Shown: positions 37,485-46,812 of the stretch, piece by piece
Position numbering within the stretch: the first letter of the stretch is position 1
How the letters are laid out: the number at the start of each line of letters is the position of its first letter
Source: Acidobacteriota bacterium
Lineage (GTDB): Bacteria; Acidobacteriota; UBA6911; RPQK01; JAJDTT01
Length of the DNA stretch: 64,000 bases
Assembly (NCBI GenBank): GCA_965217775.1
Contig: CBDCJH010000002.1
Span: 4,192,001-4,256,000, forward strand
Direction: 5' to 3'
The notes under the pieces: generated by a model
The model's database searches: none
Told to the model about the DNA's origin: nothing
The model's input: the letters and a program-made list of their open reading frames with translations, nothing else
Position numbers and translations under genes: made by a program

Positions 37485-39104
37485 GTGAGACTCCATCTTG
37501 TCGATCACCTGATCCTGGTCGCCTACCTCATCGGCATGATGCTGCTGGGCTGGCGGCTGTCCAAGCGGCAGCATACCGACGAAGAGTATTTCCTGGGCGG
37601 GCGCCGAATGCCGTGGTTTGCCGTCGGGGTGAGCCTGATCGCCACTCTCCTCTCCAGCGTCGCCTATCTAGGGACCCCGGGGGTGGTCTGGCGCTTCGGC
37701 TTCGCCATCTTCCTGAACACGCTGGTGGGCATTGCCATCACCGTCGTGCTGATTCTGTTCGTCACCATCCCCTTCTTCGTCCGCTTCCGCTTCACCACCG
37801 CCTATGAGTACCTGGAACATCGGTTCAGCCTCTCGGTGAGACTTCTCGGAGCCACCATGTTCCTCCTCTTCATGACCATTTACATGGGCGTGATCGTGCT
37901 CCTCTCCGCCCGGGCGCTGGCCGTCGCCACCGAGCTGCCGCTGGTGCTCATAATCGTCAGCGTCGGGACCGTGGCCACCCTCTACACCATGATGGGCGGG
38001 ATCCGGGCCGTGATCTGGACCGACGTGATCCAGGTGGCCCTGCTGGTGGGGGGCGGCCTGTTCGCCATTGGGTACGTGGCCGTATCCACGGGGTCGGGGC
38101 CACTGGACTGGATCCAAGCGGTGAACCTCCGGGACAACGAAAGCATGCCTCTGGCGTCATTGGACCCCACCATTCCGGCCACCGTAGTCACCCTTATCCT
38201 GGGAGGCTGCCTCTGGACTCTGATGGCTCACACCGCCAACCAGACCATCATGCAGCGCTACTTTTCGACGGTGGACATGAGGGCGGCCAAGCGAAGCTAC
38301 GTCACCAGCGCCGCCGTCGACGTCCTGCTGCTGGTGCTGCTCACGGTCATCGGCGCCAGCCTGATCTACTACTTCACGCAGGGTGCCGGAACGCTCCCTC
38401 CGGACCTGGACCCGGCCAGCGGCAAGGACCGCGACGGCATCTTTCCCTACTTCGTCGCCACCCGCATTCCCGCCGGACTCGCAGGCGCCATCTTCGCCGC
38501 CCTTCTGGCCGCCTCCATGTCCACCATCGACTCGGGCGTCAACTCCTTCGCCACCGTGGCCACCGTCGACTTCGGCCGCCTGCGCCGGAGGCAGACGAAA
38601 AACCACGTGGCCCAGGCCCGTGTCATCACGCTGGTCGTAGGAATGGCCGTCACCCTGTTCGCCGTCTTCTTCGACCGGCTGACCGGCACCGCCGACATCC
38701 CTACGATCCTTCCCAAGACCTTCAATTCGCTGGCGGGCGGGATGGGAGGATTGTTCCTGGCCGGCATGCTGATCCCCCGGGCCGGCAGCCGGGCGGTCTG
38801 GCCGGCGGCCCTGGTGGGTGTCGTTTCGGCACTCGCCGTCGCCTACTCGGGAGAACTGCTTCGCTACCTTGGGCCTTCCGCCGTCGACATGCTGGGTGGT
38901 TGGCTGGGGACGGAGTTCGCTCAGCGGCTGGCCTCCCAGGGGATGGGCTTCACCTGGATCATCCCGTCCTCCACCGCGGCCAGCCTGGGGACGGCGTGGT
39001 TGCTGAGCTTCGTCTTTCCCAACCGGGACCCGGAGAGAGTCCGTGGACTCACCTGGTCCACGCGCCGGGAACCGTCCCCCTACACCGGCCAGGGCCGAGC
39101 CTGA
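37485..39104 (+). CDS. Sodium:solute symporter (SSS) family transporter
   Basis: EEYFLGGR.MPW, TAYEYLE.RF, GGIRAVIWTD, Q..MQRY, AASMSTIDSGVNS; many TM helices. Confidence 0.92.
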   Translation: MRLHLVDHLILVAYLIGMMLLGWRLSKRQHTDEEYFLGGRRMPWFAVGVSLIATLLSSVAYLGTPGVVWRFGFAIFLNTLVGIAITVVLILFVTIPFFVRFRFTTAYEYLEHRFSLSVRLLGATMFLLFMTIYMGVIVLLSARALAVATELPLVLIIVSVGTVATLYTMMGGIRAVIWTDVIQVALLVGGGLFAIGYVAVSTGSGPLDWIQAVNLRDNESMPLASLDPTIPATVVTLILGGCLWTLMAHTANQTIMQRYFSTVDMRAAKRSYVTSAAVDVLLLVLLTVIGASLIYYFTQGAGTLPPDLDPASGKDRDGIFPYFVATRIPAGLAGAIFAALLAASMSTIDSGVNSFATVATVDFGRLRRRQTKNHVAQARVITLVVGMAVTLFAVFFDRLTGTADIPTILPKTFNSLAGGMGGLFLAGMLIPRAGSRAVWPAALVGVVSALAVAYSGELLRYLGPSAVDMLGGWLGTEFAQRLASQGMGFTWIIPSSTAASLGTAWLLSFVFPNRDPERVRGLTWSTRREPSPYTGQGRA

Positions 39105-39111
39105 CGCGAAT

Positions 39112-40242
39112 CTACGCCCTCAAGACGCCGGCCACCCGTTGCGCCACGATCTCCGCTTCACCCGGTTCCAGGGTGGCCGGGTTGAGGAGGATGCCGGACG
39201 GCGTCTCCGCCACGATGATGCTGGGGTCTCCTTCCCACAGTTCCGCCATCACTTGTCCCACGCTCTTGGCGACTCGTTGGGAGTCCCACTCGACGAGAGT
39301 GAAGGGCAGGCCGTCGGGATGCACGGCCAATCCCGTGGATGCGGGAGGGGAGTCTCCCTTTGACGCCCGGACACCCGGAACCTGGGAAAGAATTTCGATC
39401 ATGGAATCGGTACGCCGCCGCCAGCGGTCGAACATCTTCCGCTCGAACTCGGGATTGGACCAGAGCTCCACGGCAGTCAGGAGGCCGGCGATTTCCTCCT
39501 TGCCCACCTTCATGGGACGGCCGACGCCGTGGTTGGGACTGCTGTTCACGGCGCAAGCTTCCACCAGATCCTTTCGCCCCAGGATCAGACCGGAGGATTG
39601 GGGTCCCCGCAGTCCCTTGCCACCGCTGAATATGGTGAGGTCGGCTCCCAGCTTCCAGTAGTGGCTCAGGATCGAAAAGGGAGGAAACTCGGAGGCGGCG
39701 TCCACGATCACTGGGACCCCGCGGGCATGCGCCAGCTCGATAACCTGATCGATGGGGAGATCGGTGGGGGGTGAATAGGCGGGAAAGTGGACGACCGCGG
39801 CCGTCTGAGGGGTGAAGGCCGCCTCCAGGTGCCAGGGATAGGTTCGATTGGCCAGACCGACGGGGACGATCCGGGATCCCGTCAGCCGGATCATGAGTTC
39901 GTAGAAGTTGATCTGCATCCGTTGGACGATGACCTCGTCCTTCATCCCGGCCGTGTCGGGCAACTGGTGGACCCGGGCGTTGCTCGATCCCGTCATGCAC
40001 GCGGCTACCGAGACCGCGACTCCCGCGGCCGCTCCGTTGGTGATGTAACAGGCTTCGACTCCTGTCAGTTCGGCGATCCGGTTCCCTGCCTTTTCCAGGA
40101 GTTCCGGGATGCTGACGTGGGACCGGCCGGCCTCCTGCATCGCCACCGTCACCTCCGGGAGCATGATGGACCCGCCGATGGAGGTCCCGTTGGCGGCGGC
40201 GTTGATCCGCTTCTTCACGGCTAATTGTTCGTAGATGCTCAT
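39112..40242 (-). CDS. SelA-like PLP-dependent enzyme (DgaE / D-glucosaminate-6-phosphate ammonia-lyase-like)
   Basis: INAA.N.T.IGGS, ITNGAAAG, VDAA, GADLTIFSGGK, GPQSSG, GRPMKVGKEEI; lacks the SelA N-terminal domain. Confidence 0.8.
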   Translation of the reverse strand: MSIYEQLAVKKRINAAANGTSIGGSIMLPEVTVAMQEAGRSHVSIPELLEKAGNRIAELTGVEACYITNGAAAGVAVSVAACMTGSSNARVHQLPDTAGMKDEVIVQRMQINFYELMIRLTGSRIVPVGLANRTYPWHLEAAFTPQTAAVVHFPAYSPPTDLPIDQVIELAHARGVPVIVDAASEFPPFSILSHYWKLGADLTIFSGGKGLRGPQSSGLILGRKDLVEACAVNSSPNHGVGRPMKVGKEEIAGLLTAVELWSNPEFERKMFDRWRRRTDSMIEILSQVPGVRASKGDSPPASTGLAVHPDGLPFTLVEWDSQRVAKSVGQVMAELWEGDPSIIVAETPSGILLNPATLEPGEAEIVAQRVAGVLRA

Positions 40243-40345
40243 AGTTGGACTGCCTTTCTTGTTCGTCGGGTGAGTATAGGGTTCCGTGATTGTTTATTGG
40301 AGACATGCCGCCGCTCCACTCCCGTGTTAACATCGGCAAACCAAG

Positions 40346-41545
40346 ATGAATCGTCGTTACTGGCTTCGCCTTGGAGCCGCCGCGGGCACCATGTTCGGAC
40401 TCGACGCCCTCTTTACCGCCCGGCGCACCAGCGCCGCGGCCGTCGGTCCGAACGACAAGATCAAGGTCACCAAGATCGAGACCTTCGTGCTGACCAACAC
40501 CTGGGTCTTCGTCAAGGTGTCCACCGACGCCGGAATCGTGGGCTGGGGCGAGATGCTCAAGGACGACGCCAAGGCCTGCGCCGCCGGGGCTATGGAGGTG
40601 GGCGACTATCTGGTGGGCCAGGATCCATGCCGGGTCGTGCATCATTGGCAGGCCATCCACCGCGGCGCCTTCTACCGCGGGGGTCCCATCAAGACGGCGA
40701 TCCTGAGCGGGATCGATCAGGCGCTTTGGGACATCAAGGGAAAGGTCTACGGCGTCCCGGTGTACAAACTGCTGGGGGGACCCACTCGGGACCGCGTCCG
40801 CGTTTACGGCGAGGTCAGTGAGGAGACCGGCGTCAACGCTATCAAAGTCGGTCCCAACGCCATGGGACGCCAGGCGACCAAATACATCGAAGGTCAGAGA
40901 TTCGTGGACGCCGTGGTGGAGAACTTCCGGGCGTTGCGCGAAAAGTACGGGGACGGCGTCGACATCGGTGTCGACTTCCACGGCGCCGTTCAGCCGCCGA
41001 CGGCCATGCTCCTGGTCAAGGCGCTGGAACCCTACAATCCCTGGTTCTACGAGGAGGTCGTGCAAGCGCTCAACGTGGACGTGATGGCCGAGATCGCCGC
41101 CAAAACCCACATCCCGCTGGCGACGGGCGAGCGCGTCTTCACCAAGTGGGGATTCCGCGAGATCCTGGAAAAGCGCGCCGCCTACATCCTGCAGCCGGAC
41201 GTCTGCTACGCGGGCGGCATCACCGAGCTCAGGCTCATCGCCGGAATGGCCGAGGCGTACTACTCTCCCCTGGCTCCCCACAATCCCAGCGGCCCCGTGT
41301 CGCTGGCCGCCAGCCTCCAGATTGCGGGTTGCATCCCCAACTTCATGATCCAGGAGCGCGGCGACATGGAGCACGACCTGCTGGCCAAACCGCTGGCGCC
41401 CGTCAAAAACGGGCATCGCCCGCTGCCGACGGATCCCGGTCTTGGCATCACCATCGACGAGGACAAGTTGATGGCGAGGGTCGGCGAACCCCGCGAGTCC
41501 CGGACGATTTACGATAAGGACGACGGATCGATCGTCGACTGGTAG
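40346..41545 (+). CDS. dgoD: Galactonate dehydratase-like enolase-superfamily enzyme with Tat-like signal
   Basis: WVFVKV.TD.G.VGWGE, FYRGGP, SGIDQALWDIKGK, DFHG, EE, ATGER, QPD, APHNP.GP; N-terminal MNRRYWL. Confidence 0.75.
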   Translation: MNRRYWLRLGAAAGTMFGLDALFTARRTSAAAVGPNDKIKVTKIETFVLTNTWVFVKVSTDAGIVGWGEMLKDDAKACAAGAMEVGDYLVGQDPCRVVHHWQAIHRGAFYRGGPIKTAILSGIDQALWDIKGKVYGVPVYKLLGGPTRDRVRVYGEVSEETGVNAIKVGPNAMGRQATKYIEGQRFVDAVVENFRALREKYGDGVDIGVDFHGAVQPPTAMLLVKALEPYNPWFYEEVVQALNVDVMAEIAAKTHIPLATGERVFTKWGFREILEKRAAYILQPDVCYAGGITELRLIAGMAEAYYSPLAPHNPSGPVSLAASLQIAGCIPNFMIQERGDMEHDLLAKPLAPVKNGHRPLPTDPGLGITIDEDKLMARVGEPRESRTIYDKDDGSIVDW

Positions 41546-41609
41546 TCGTCACCTCAGGAGTCGGAAGGGTTCGCGGCGTACCGGGAATCATCAAGACTGG
41601 AATCAAGAC

Positions 41610-42851
41610 ATGATCGACAGGACGTTATTGATCGCCGTTTCCTTCCTCTTTCTCTCCATGCCTGTCCAGGCCAAGGAGAAGCTCATGATCCTGAGCTGGG
41701 GCGACGTCATCTGGCAACACAAAGGGGAGGGGACGGCTCAGCTCGACACGCCGGAAAAGGTGGCCGAAGCGGCGCGGATCTGGAAGGAGCGGGGAGTGGA
41801 CCGGGTCCTGTTCCGGGCCGATGACTTTCGGGTTCTCCTCTTTCACCGTATCCGGCCCGGCTACAACAACCTCTACATCCAGGAGTGGTTGAAGACGACC
41901 AAGCGGGCCTGGGAGCAGGGATTGCTGGAGGTCGCCGTCAAGGCGATCCACGAGCAGGGCATGAAGGTCGACATGTGGATCACGATTTTCGATGAGGGAT
42001 GCCCGGAGCACGTTCTCTACAGCGATTCCGATTTTTTCTCCTGGCAATCGCATTTCACCCGGGAGAACCCGCACGTCCTCTCCGCCGACCGGTCTCTGAC
42101 CGCCAATCAACGAAAATATCACTGGGGCGTGATGGAATATGCCTACCCCGAGGTGAGAGGCTACATGCTGAGCGTGATCCGCGCCTTCTCCGACCCTCTG
42201 GATTTCGATGGTGTCTTCCTCAGCGTGCGCTCCCATTCGCCGCCCGCCGAACACGCCGACCAGTTCGGGTTCAACGAGCCTGTCGTCAAGGAGTTTCAGC
42301 GCAGATACGGCAGGAACATTCTCCAGACCAGCTTCGATCTGGAGCAGTGGCGGGAACTCCGGGGCGAGTACCTGACCCAGTTTCTCGGCAAGGTGAAGGA
42401 GCATCTCCGGAAGAAGAGGCAGACCCTTTCCATCGGCGTGGCGCAGGGAGACTATATCGGTCCTCCTTTCGGCAACATGAAACTGCAATGGCGCCGGTGG
42501 ATCTCCGAGGGCATCATCGACTCCCTGGTGGTGGGCCATATCACCAACGAGAGAGCCCGTTATCCCAACCGCACCCAGAGAGCCATGGGGTACATCCAGA
42601 ATCAGGAAGAGGACATGGGCCTGCCGTCCATCGAAGACGCCGTGCGGTTGAGCTACGGTCCGCTCTGCCAGCGTTTCGGAGTCGGCCTCTACCTGGCTCC
42701 CGGAAGTTTCCGCATGAGCTTCCGCCATCCGGCCTACGGAAGAGGCTCGCAGACGCCCGAGGTCCGCAAGAGCTTGTTTGAGGCGTTCGAGAAGGAGCCC
42801 TCCGTGACGGGAATCGTCTACGGTTATGGGTCGGTCATGGAAGAACGTTAG
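41610..42851 (+). CDS. Secreted glycoside-hydrolase-like TIM-barrel protein (GHL10/DUF187-like)
   Basis: Signal peptide; A.HEQGMKV.MW, YAYPEVR, DFDGVFL, GFNEPVV.EF..RYG, W..LRGE.LT, W.RW..EG.ID. Confidence 0.6.
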   Translation: MIDRTLLIAVSFLFLSMPVQAKEKLMILSWGDVIWQHKGEGTAQLDTPEKVAEAARIWKERGVDRVLFRADDFRVLLFHRIRPGYNNLYIQEWLKTTKRAWEQGLLEVAVKAIHEQGMKVDMWITIFDEGCPEHVLYSDSDFFSWQSHFTRENPHVLSADRSLTANQRKYHWGVMEYAYPEVRGYMLSVIRAFSDPLDFDGVFLSVRSHSPPAEHADQFGFNEPVVKEFQRRYGRNILQTSFDLEQWRELRGEYLTQFLGKVKEHLRKKRQTLSIGVAQGDYIGPPFGNMKLQWRRWISEGIIDSLVVGHITNERARYPNRTQRAMGYIQNQEEDMGLPSIEDAVRLSYGPLCQRFGVGLYLAPGSFRMSFRHPAYGRGSQTPEVRKSLFEAFEKEPSVTGIVYGYGSVMEER

Positions 42852-42890
42852 CGGATGCCGCCCGTCGGGCGCGGCGCCGGGCGAGTCCGG

Positions 42891-43616
42891 TCACCGCATG
42901 TCGGCGACCCGGGCTTCGATCCGGAGAACGTCCATGGAGAACCGTCCCGTCACCTCTTCTCCTTCGGGAAATCCGATGAAGGAGAACCCGTAGCTCACAC
43001 ACTCCCGCAGCACCCGATCCAGGCTGGCCGGACCGGTCCAAGCCCAGGTGCGGGTCCATCGGGACTCGTCGTTCTCCAGGACGAAGGTGTGGCGCCTGCC
43101 CCAGGATCCCTGGGAAATAGGTATGGGATGGTCCGTGAAGTGCCAGCGATTGTTTCCGATGTGAGCCCAGAAGTAGCACTGGGCGCCCTTGAGGTCGAGT
43201 TCGTCTCCCCGCAGGTTCACGGAAATCCGCGCCCCGCGCAGATCCAGCTTGGGGCCGCCCACCCACCTGCGGTAGAAGATCAGGGCCAGAATGGAGTTGG
43301 GCTGCTCCGGAGTGTCGATTCTCCAGCGGGAGTCGTCGGTCCAGATGAATCCCGAACCGAAGGCGCCTCCCTTGGGTTCCCAACTCACCGGATGGAAGAT
43401 GTCGGAACCGCTCTCGATGCCGCCGTCGTAGTCGTAGCTGTGCCAGCCCTCGCTCTTGCCCAGGCTGTCGAAACCGCTGTAGAGGATGAGTCTGGCTCCC
43501 GGCCGCCCTGAATCGGAAATTCTCCGCTCCACACGGGAGGGCGGCCGGCATCCTGCCGCCAGACAGAGCAACAGCACGCAAGTCACGCTTCGGAGTCCAG
43601 CCGGCGCTCGGATCAT
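42891..43616 (-). CDS. Lipoprotein with a lectin-like jelly-roll domain (unknown family)
   Basis: Lipobox AAG-C after ATG 43616, 2 nt after the sulfatase stop; resembles the inserted domain of 10177-11964. Confidence 0.65.
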   Translation of the reverse strand: MIRAPAGLRSVTCVLLLCLAAGCRPPSRVERRISDSGRPGARLILYSGFDSLGKSEGWHSYDYDGGIESGSDIFHPVSWEPKGGAFGSGFIWTDDSRWRIDTPEQPNSILALIFYRRWVGGPKLDLRGARISVNLRGDELDLKGAQCYFWAHIGNNRWHFTDHPIPISQGSWGRRHTFVLENDESRWTRTWAWTGPASLDRVLRECVSYGFSFIGFPEGEEVTGRFSMDVLRIEARVADMR

Positions 43617-43618
43617 TT

Positions 43619-45088
43619 TCAAACCCTGCCTTCCTCGAAGGGCAGAACGGCCCATTTCTCTCCATGCCGCCGCAGCCAGGTGACCAGCTCTCCTTGCAAC
43701 CGATCGGTCGCCCCCGCCAGAGCCGGGTCGCCGATCCGGTTGCGATGCTCGGTGGGGTCGGTTGCCAGATCCCACAGCTCGTTGGGACCGAATCCCTGGT
43801 TGCGCATCACGTATTTGTATCGAGGTTCCCGGACACAAAAGGTGTTTCCCAGGTAGGCATAGACCCGGTCCACCCAGCCGTCCGGCCTTCGTCCCTGCAG
43901 TAGCGGCCGGCAACTCCGGCCGCAGTAGTTGCCCTTCCCCGGCAGTTGAATGCCCAGCAGGTCGCAGAGGGTGGGCAGGACGTCGTAGAAGCTCACCAGT
44001 TCCCGGCGCACCGCGCCGGCCTCGATCCTTCCCGGCCAGCGCCACAGCGTGGGGACCTTCAGGACCTCCTCGTACATGACCGGAGGCCAGGCCGCCTCTC
44101 CCTTGCTCCAGAGGCCGTGGCGGCCGTGCAGGTAGCCGTTGTCGCCCACGAACAGCACCAGCGTGTTTTCGGCAAGGCCATTTTCATCCAGGTAGTCCAG
44201 CATCCAGCCGATCCGGTCGTCGAGGGCGGTGGTGGAGGCGGCGGCGCCCCGCATGTTGGTGACCGGATCATCCATCAATTCCGCCTCCCGCAGGGCGTCT
44301 CGCCGCCTGGGCTCGAAACCCACCGATTCGAAGTCCTCCTGGGCATACATGTCGTAGTACCGGCGGGGATGACCTGCGTACGGGGTGTGTGGATTGAAGT
44401 GCGACAGGGTGAGAAACCAGGGCTCCCGCCGGTCCCGCACCTGCTCCAGAAAACGGATCCCTTCCTGGTGGATGAGGTCGGCGATGTAGCCTTTTTCGGT
44501 CACCGGCTCCGTCCCCCGGAACATGTTGGGGTCCTGGTACAGGTTGGGGCGGTCCTGCGTATACCAGAACCCGTATCCATGCTGGGGGCGTCCATTGTCT
44601 CCCAGGTGCCACTTGCCGCTGTGGCCACACTCGTACCCCGAGTCCTTCAGGAGGTCGGAGATGAAGATCTCGTCTTGCCAGCTCCGGGGAAGCCGAGCCT
44701 GTCCCTGAGGCGGATTGGCGATGGGCCTCGGCGTGAGCCAGTCGTGGACCCCGGTCTGGGGTGGAATCCGCCCCGTCATCAGCGTGGCCCGGCTGGGAGA
44801 GCAGATGGGCGTACAGACGAAACCGTTCTCGAACCGGGTGCCGCCGGCCGCCAGACGATCGATCCGGGGAGTTCGGATCACCCGGTTGCCGTAACACCCG
44901 GTCATCCAGGCGGCCAGATCATCGGCGATGATGAGCAGGACGTTGGGACGCCGGTCCTGACCCGGGAGCAGAGCGGGCACCCCCAAGGCGGCACCGGTCA
45001 GGGCTGTGGCCGTCTTCAAGATCTCCCGGCGAGACCGGTTCCTGGCGGAGGAGGGGCCGTTTGGGCTGGATCGAGGCTCTGAACTCAT
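43619..45088 (-). CDS. Tat-exported formylglycine-dependent sulfatase
   Basis: SRREIL Tat motif; RPNVLLIIADD, CSPSRATLMTG, GKWHLG, PHTP, GDNG, ELWDL..DP.E. Confidence 0.9.
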   Translation of the reverse strand: MSSEPRSSPNGPSSARNRSRREILKTATALTGAALGVPALLPGQDRRPNVLLIIADDLAAWMTGCYGNRVIRTPRIDRLAAGGTRFENGFVCTPICSPSRATLMTGRIPPQTGVHDWLTPRPIANPPQGQARLPRSWQDEIFISDLLKDSGYECGHSGKWHLGDNGRPQHGYGFWYTQDRPNLYQDPNMFRGTEPVTEKGYIADLIHQEGIRFLEQVRDRREPWFLTLSHFNPHTPYAGHPRRYYDMYAQEDFESVGFEPRRRDALREAELMDDPVTNMRGAAASTTALDDRIGWMLDYLDENGLAENTLVLFVGDNGYLHGRHGLWSKGEAAWPPVMYEEVLKVPTLWRWPGRIEAGAVRRELVSFYDVLPTLCDLLGIQLPGKGNYCGRSCRPLLQGRRPDGWVDRVYAYLGNTFCVREPRYKYVMRNQGFGPNELWDLATDPTEHRNRIGDPALAGATDRLQGELVTWLRRHGEKWAVLPFEEGRV

Positions 45089-45167
45089 GGGCAAGTTCCA
45101 GTCCGAACGGTACACTGGACGATGTCTCCCGCCAAGGGCCTCGAGGGAGTCTGGTACAAGTGAAGTC

Positions 45168-46685
45168 ATGAGTCGGACGATCTTCAGCCTGGTTCCGTTG
45201 CTGCTCCTGTGTTTCCCGTCCGGTTACGGCAACCCTTCCCCTGCCGGAACCGTCATCGACGTGGGATCGAAGAAACAGCTCTTCATCGACGACCTGTTCG
45301 TCGCATCCCGGCACGGCGTCCGGCTGACCGTGAACCCGCCTCACAAGACCCGGGAGCGGAATCTCGTACCCGATCCCGATCGTCCGTGGGAGGCGGTCCG
45401 GGTAGCGTATCCCTGTACCGTCATGGAGGACCAGGGAAAATTTCGGATGTGGTATGACGCCATGTACGACCGTCAACCGGAGGATCGGCTCCCCTACCGA
45501 ACGGTCTGCTACGCCGAATCGGACGACGGGATTCACTGGCGCAAACCCATCGTGGGCGCCTTTGAGTTTCGGGGATCCAGGAAGAACAACATCTCGATCC
45601 CGACGGCTCCGGGAAGCGTGTTCGTCGACCCCAACGCCCCGCCGGAGGAGCGTTACAAGTATTTCGGAAGAAACCGGGTGGCGATGCTGGAGGACCGGGT
45701 CGCCGGAGCCGGATCCTGGATCTACGCGTCCGCCGACGGACTCAGCTTCAAGCCACTGTACGGAAGGCCGGCCACGCGCCAGATCAGCGACACCCACGAC
45801 GTGGCTTTCTGGGACCCGGTCATCGGCAAGTACGTCGCCTACACCAAGTACGTCGGCCACTTCGATTCCCGGGGCGTGCTGGTTCGGCCGGAGCTCCCCA
45901 CCGGAGTCCGAAAGGGCCGGAAGATCTGGCGCATGACGACCGATCGCCTGGACCGGTGGCCTCCCGCCAGGATCGTCCTGGCCATGGACGCGGGGGACCG
46001 CCGGGACGCCGACTTCTACAATTCCGCCGCCATCCGCTACCCCTACGCCGATCGGGCCTATTTCGTCTTTCCCAGCGCCTACTACCATTTCGTGGGCGAG
46101 TCGGCGCGGCGCAACGACGGCCCTATGGACATTCAATTGGCGGTGAGCCGCGACGGTGTCCACTTTTCGCGCCCCTCCCGGAGTCCCTTGGTGCGAAGAG
46201 GACGGGACGGTTCCCATGACAGCGGTCACATGTACATGGGCCGGGGCCTGCTGCGTCGAGGCGACGAGTTGTGGATGTACTACGTGGGATTCGACTACAC
46301 CCATGGCGACAGGGACACACTGGACCGGGGAGGCAACGGCGTGATCAGCCGGCTGGTCCTGAGGCTGGACGGCTTCGTGTCCGCCGACGCGGACTATCGC
46401 GGGGGAGAGATCGTCAGCCGGCCGATCCGGTTCCAGGGCAACCGCCTCGAGTTGAATATGGATGCGGGCGCCGGGGGATCGGCCAGGGTCGCACTGTTGG
46501 ACCCGGAAGGGGAACCGATTCCCGGGTACACCCTGGAGGAGTCGCAGGTGCTGGGCGGGAATTCGGTCAGGCGTCTCGTGACCTGGCAGGAGGGATCGGA
46601 TCTGTCGGCCCTCTCGGGACGGCCGGTGCGCCTCCACTGGAAGCTCCGGGACGTGAAGCTGTACGCCTTCCAATTCCAGAATTAG
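45168..46685 (+). CDS. Exported GH-like beta-propeller protein, paralog 8
   Basis: Signal peptide, QLFIDD, DRPWE, SDTH, DFYN, QLAVSRDG, LRLDGFVS, ends LYAFQFQN. Confidence 0.8.
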   Translation: MSRTIFSLVPLLLLCFPSGYGNPSPAGTVIDVGSKKQLFIDDLFVASRHGVRLTVNPPHKTRERNLVPDPDRPWEAVRVAYPCTVMEDQGKFRMWYDAMYDRQPEDRLPYRTVCYAESDDGIHWRKPIVGAFEFRGSRKNNISIPTAPGSVFVDPNAPPEERYKYFGRNRVAMLEDRVAGAGSWIYASADGLSFKPLYGRPATRQISDTHDVAFWDPVIGKYVAYTKYVGHFDSRGVLVRPELPTGVRKGRKIWRMTTDRLDRWPPARIVLAMDAGDRRDADFYNSAAIRYPYADRAYFVFPSAYYHFVGESARRNDGPMDIQLAVSRDGVHFSRPSRSPLVRRGRDGSHDSGHMYMGRGLLRRGDELWMYYVGFDYTHGDRDTLDRGGNGVISRLVLRLDGFVSADADYRGGEIVSRPIRFQGNRLELNMDAGAGGSARVALLDPEGEPIPGYTLEESQVLGGNSVRRLVTWQEGSDLSALSGRPVRLHWKLRDVKLYAFQFQN

Positions 46686-46780
46686 TTCCTTGTTCTCAAA
46701 ATCTTGCGCAATCGGGCGAAGAATTTTTCGTAGGGGCGCCCCTTGTGGGCGCCCTCTTCGGTCCGGACCGGAGCCAGACG
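46685..46780 (+). repeat. ~95-bp intergenic repeat with a GTAG-type REP-like palindrome
   Basis: Similar to 9430-9525; REP-like palindrome at 46730-46755. Confidence 0.7.
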
Positions 46781-46812
46781 CAGCCAATTGTAGAGTTGGA
46801 TCCGGAACCGGG

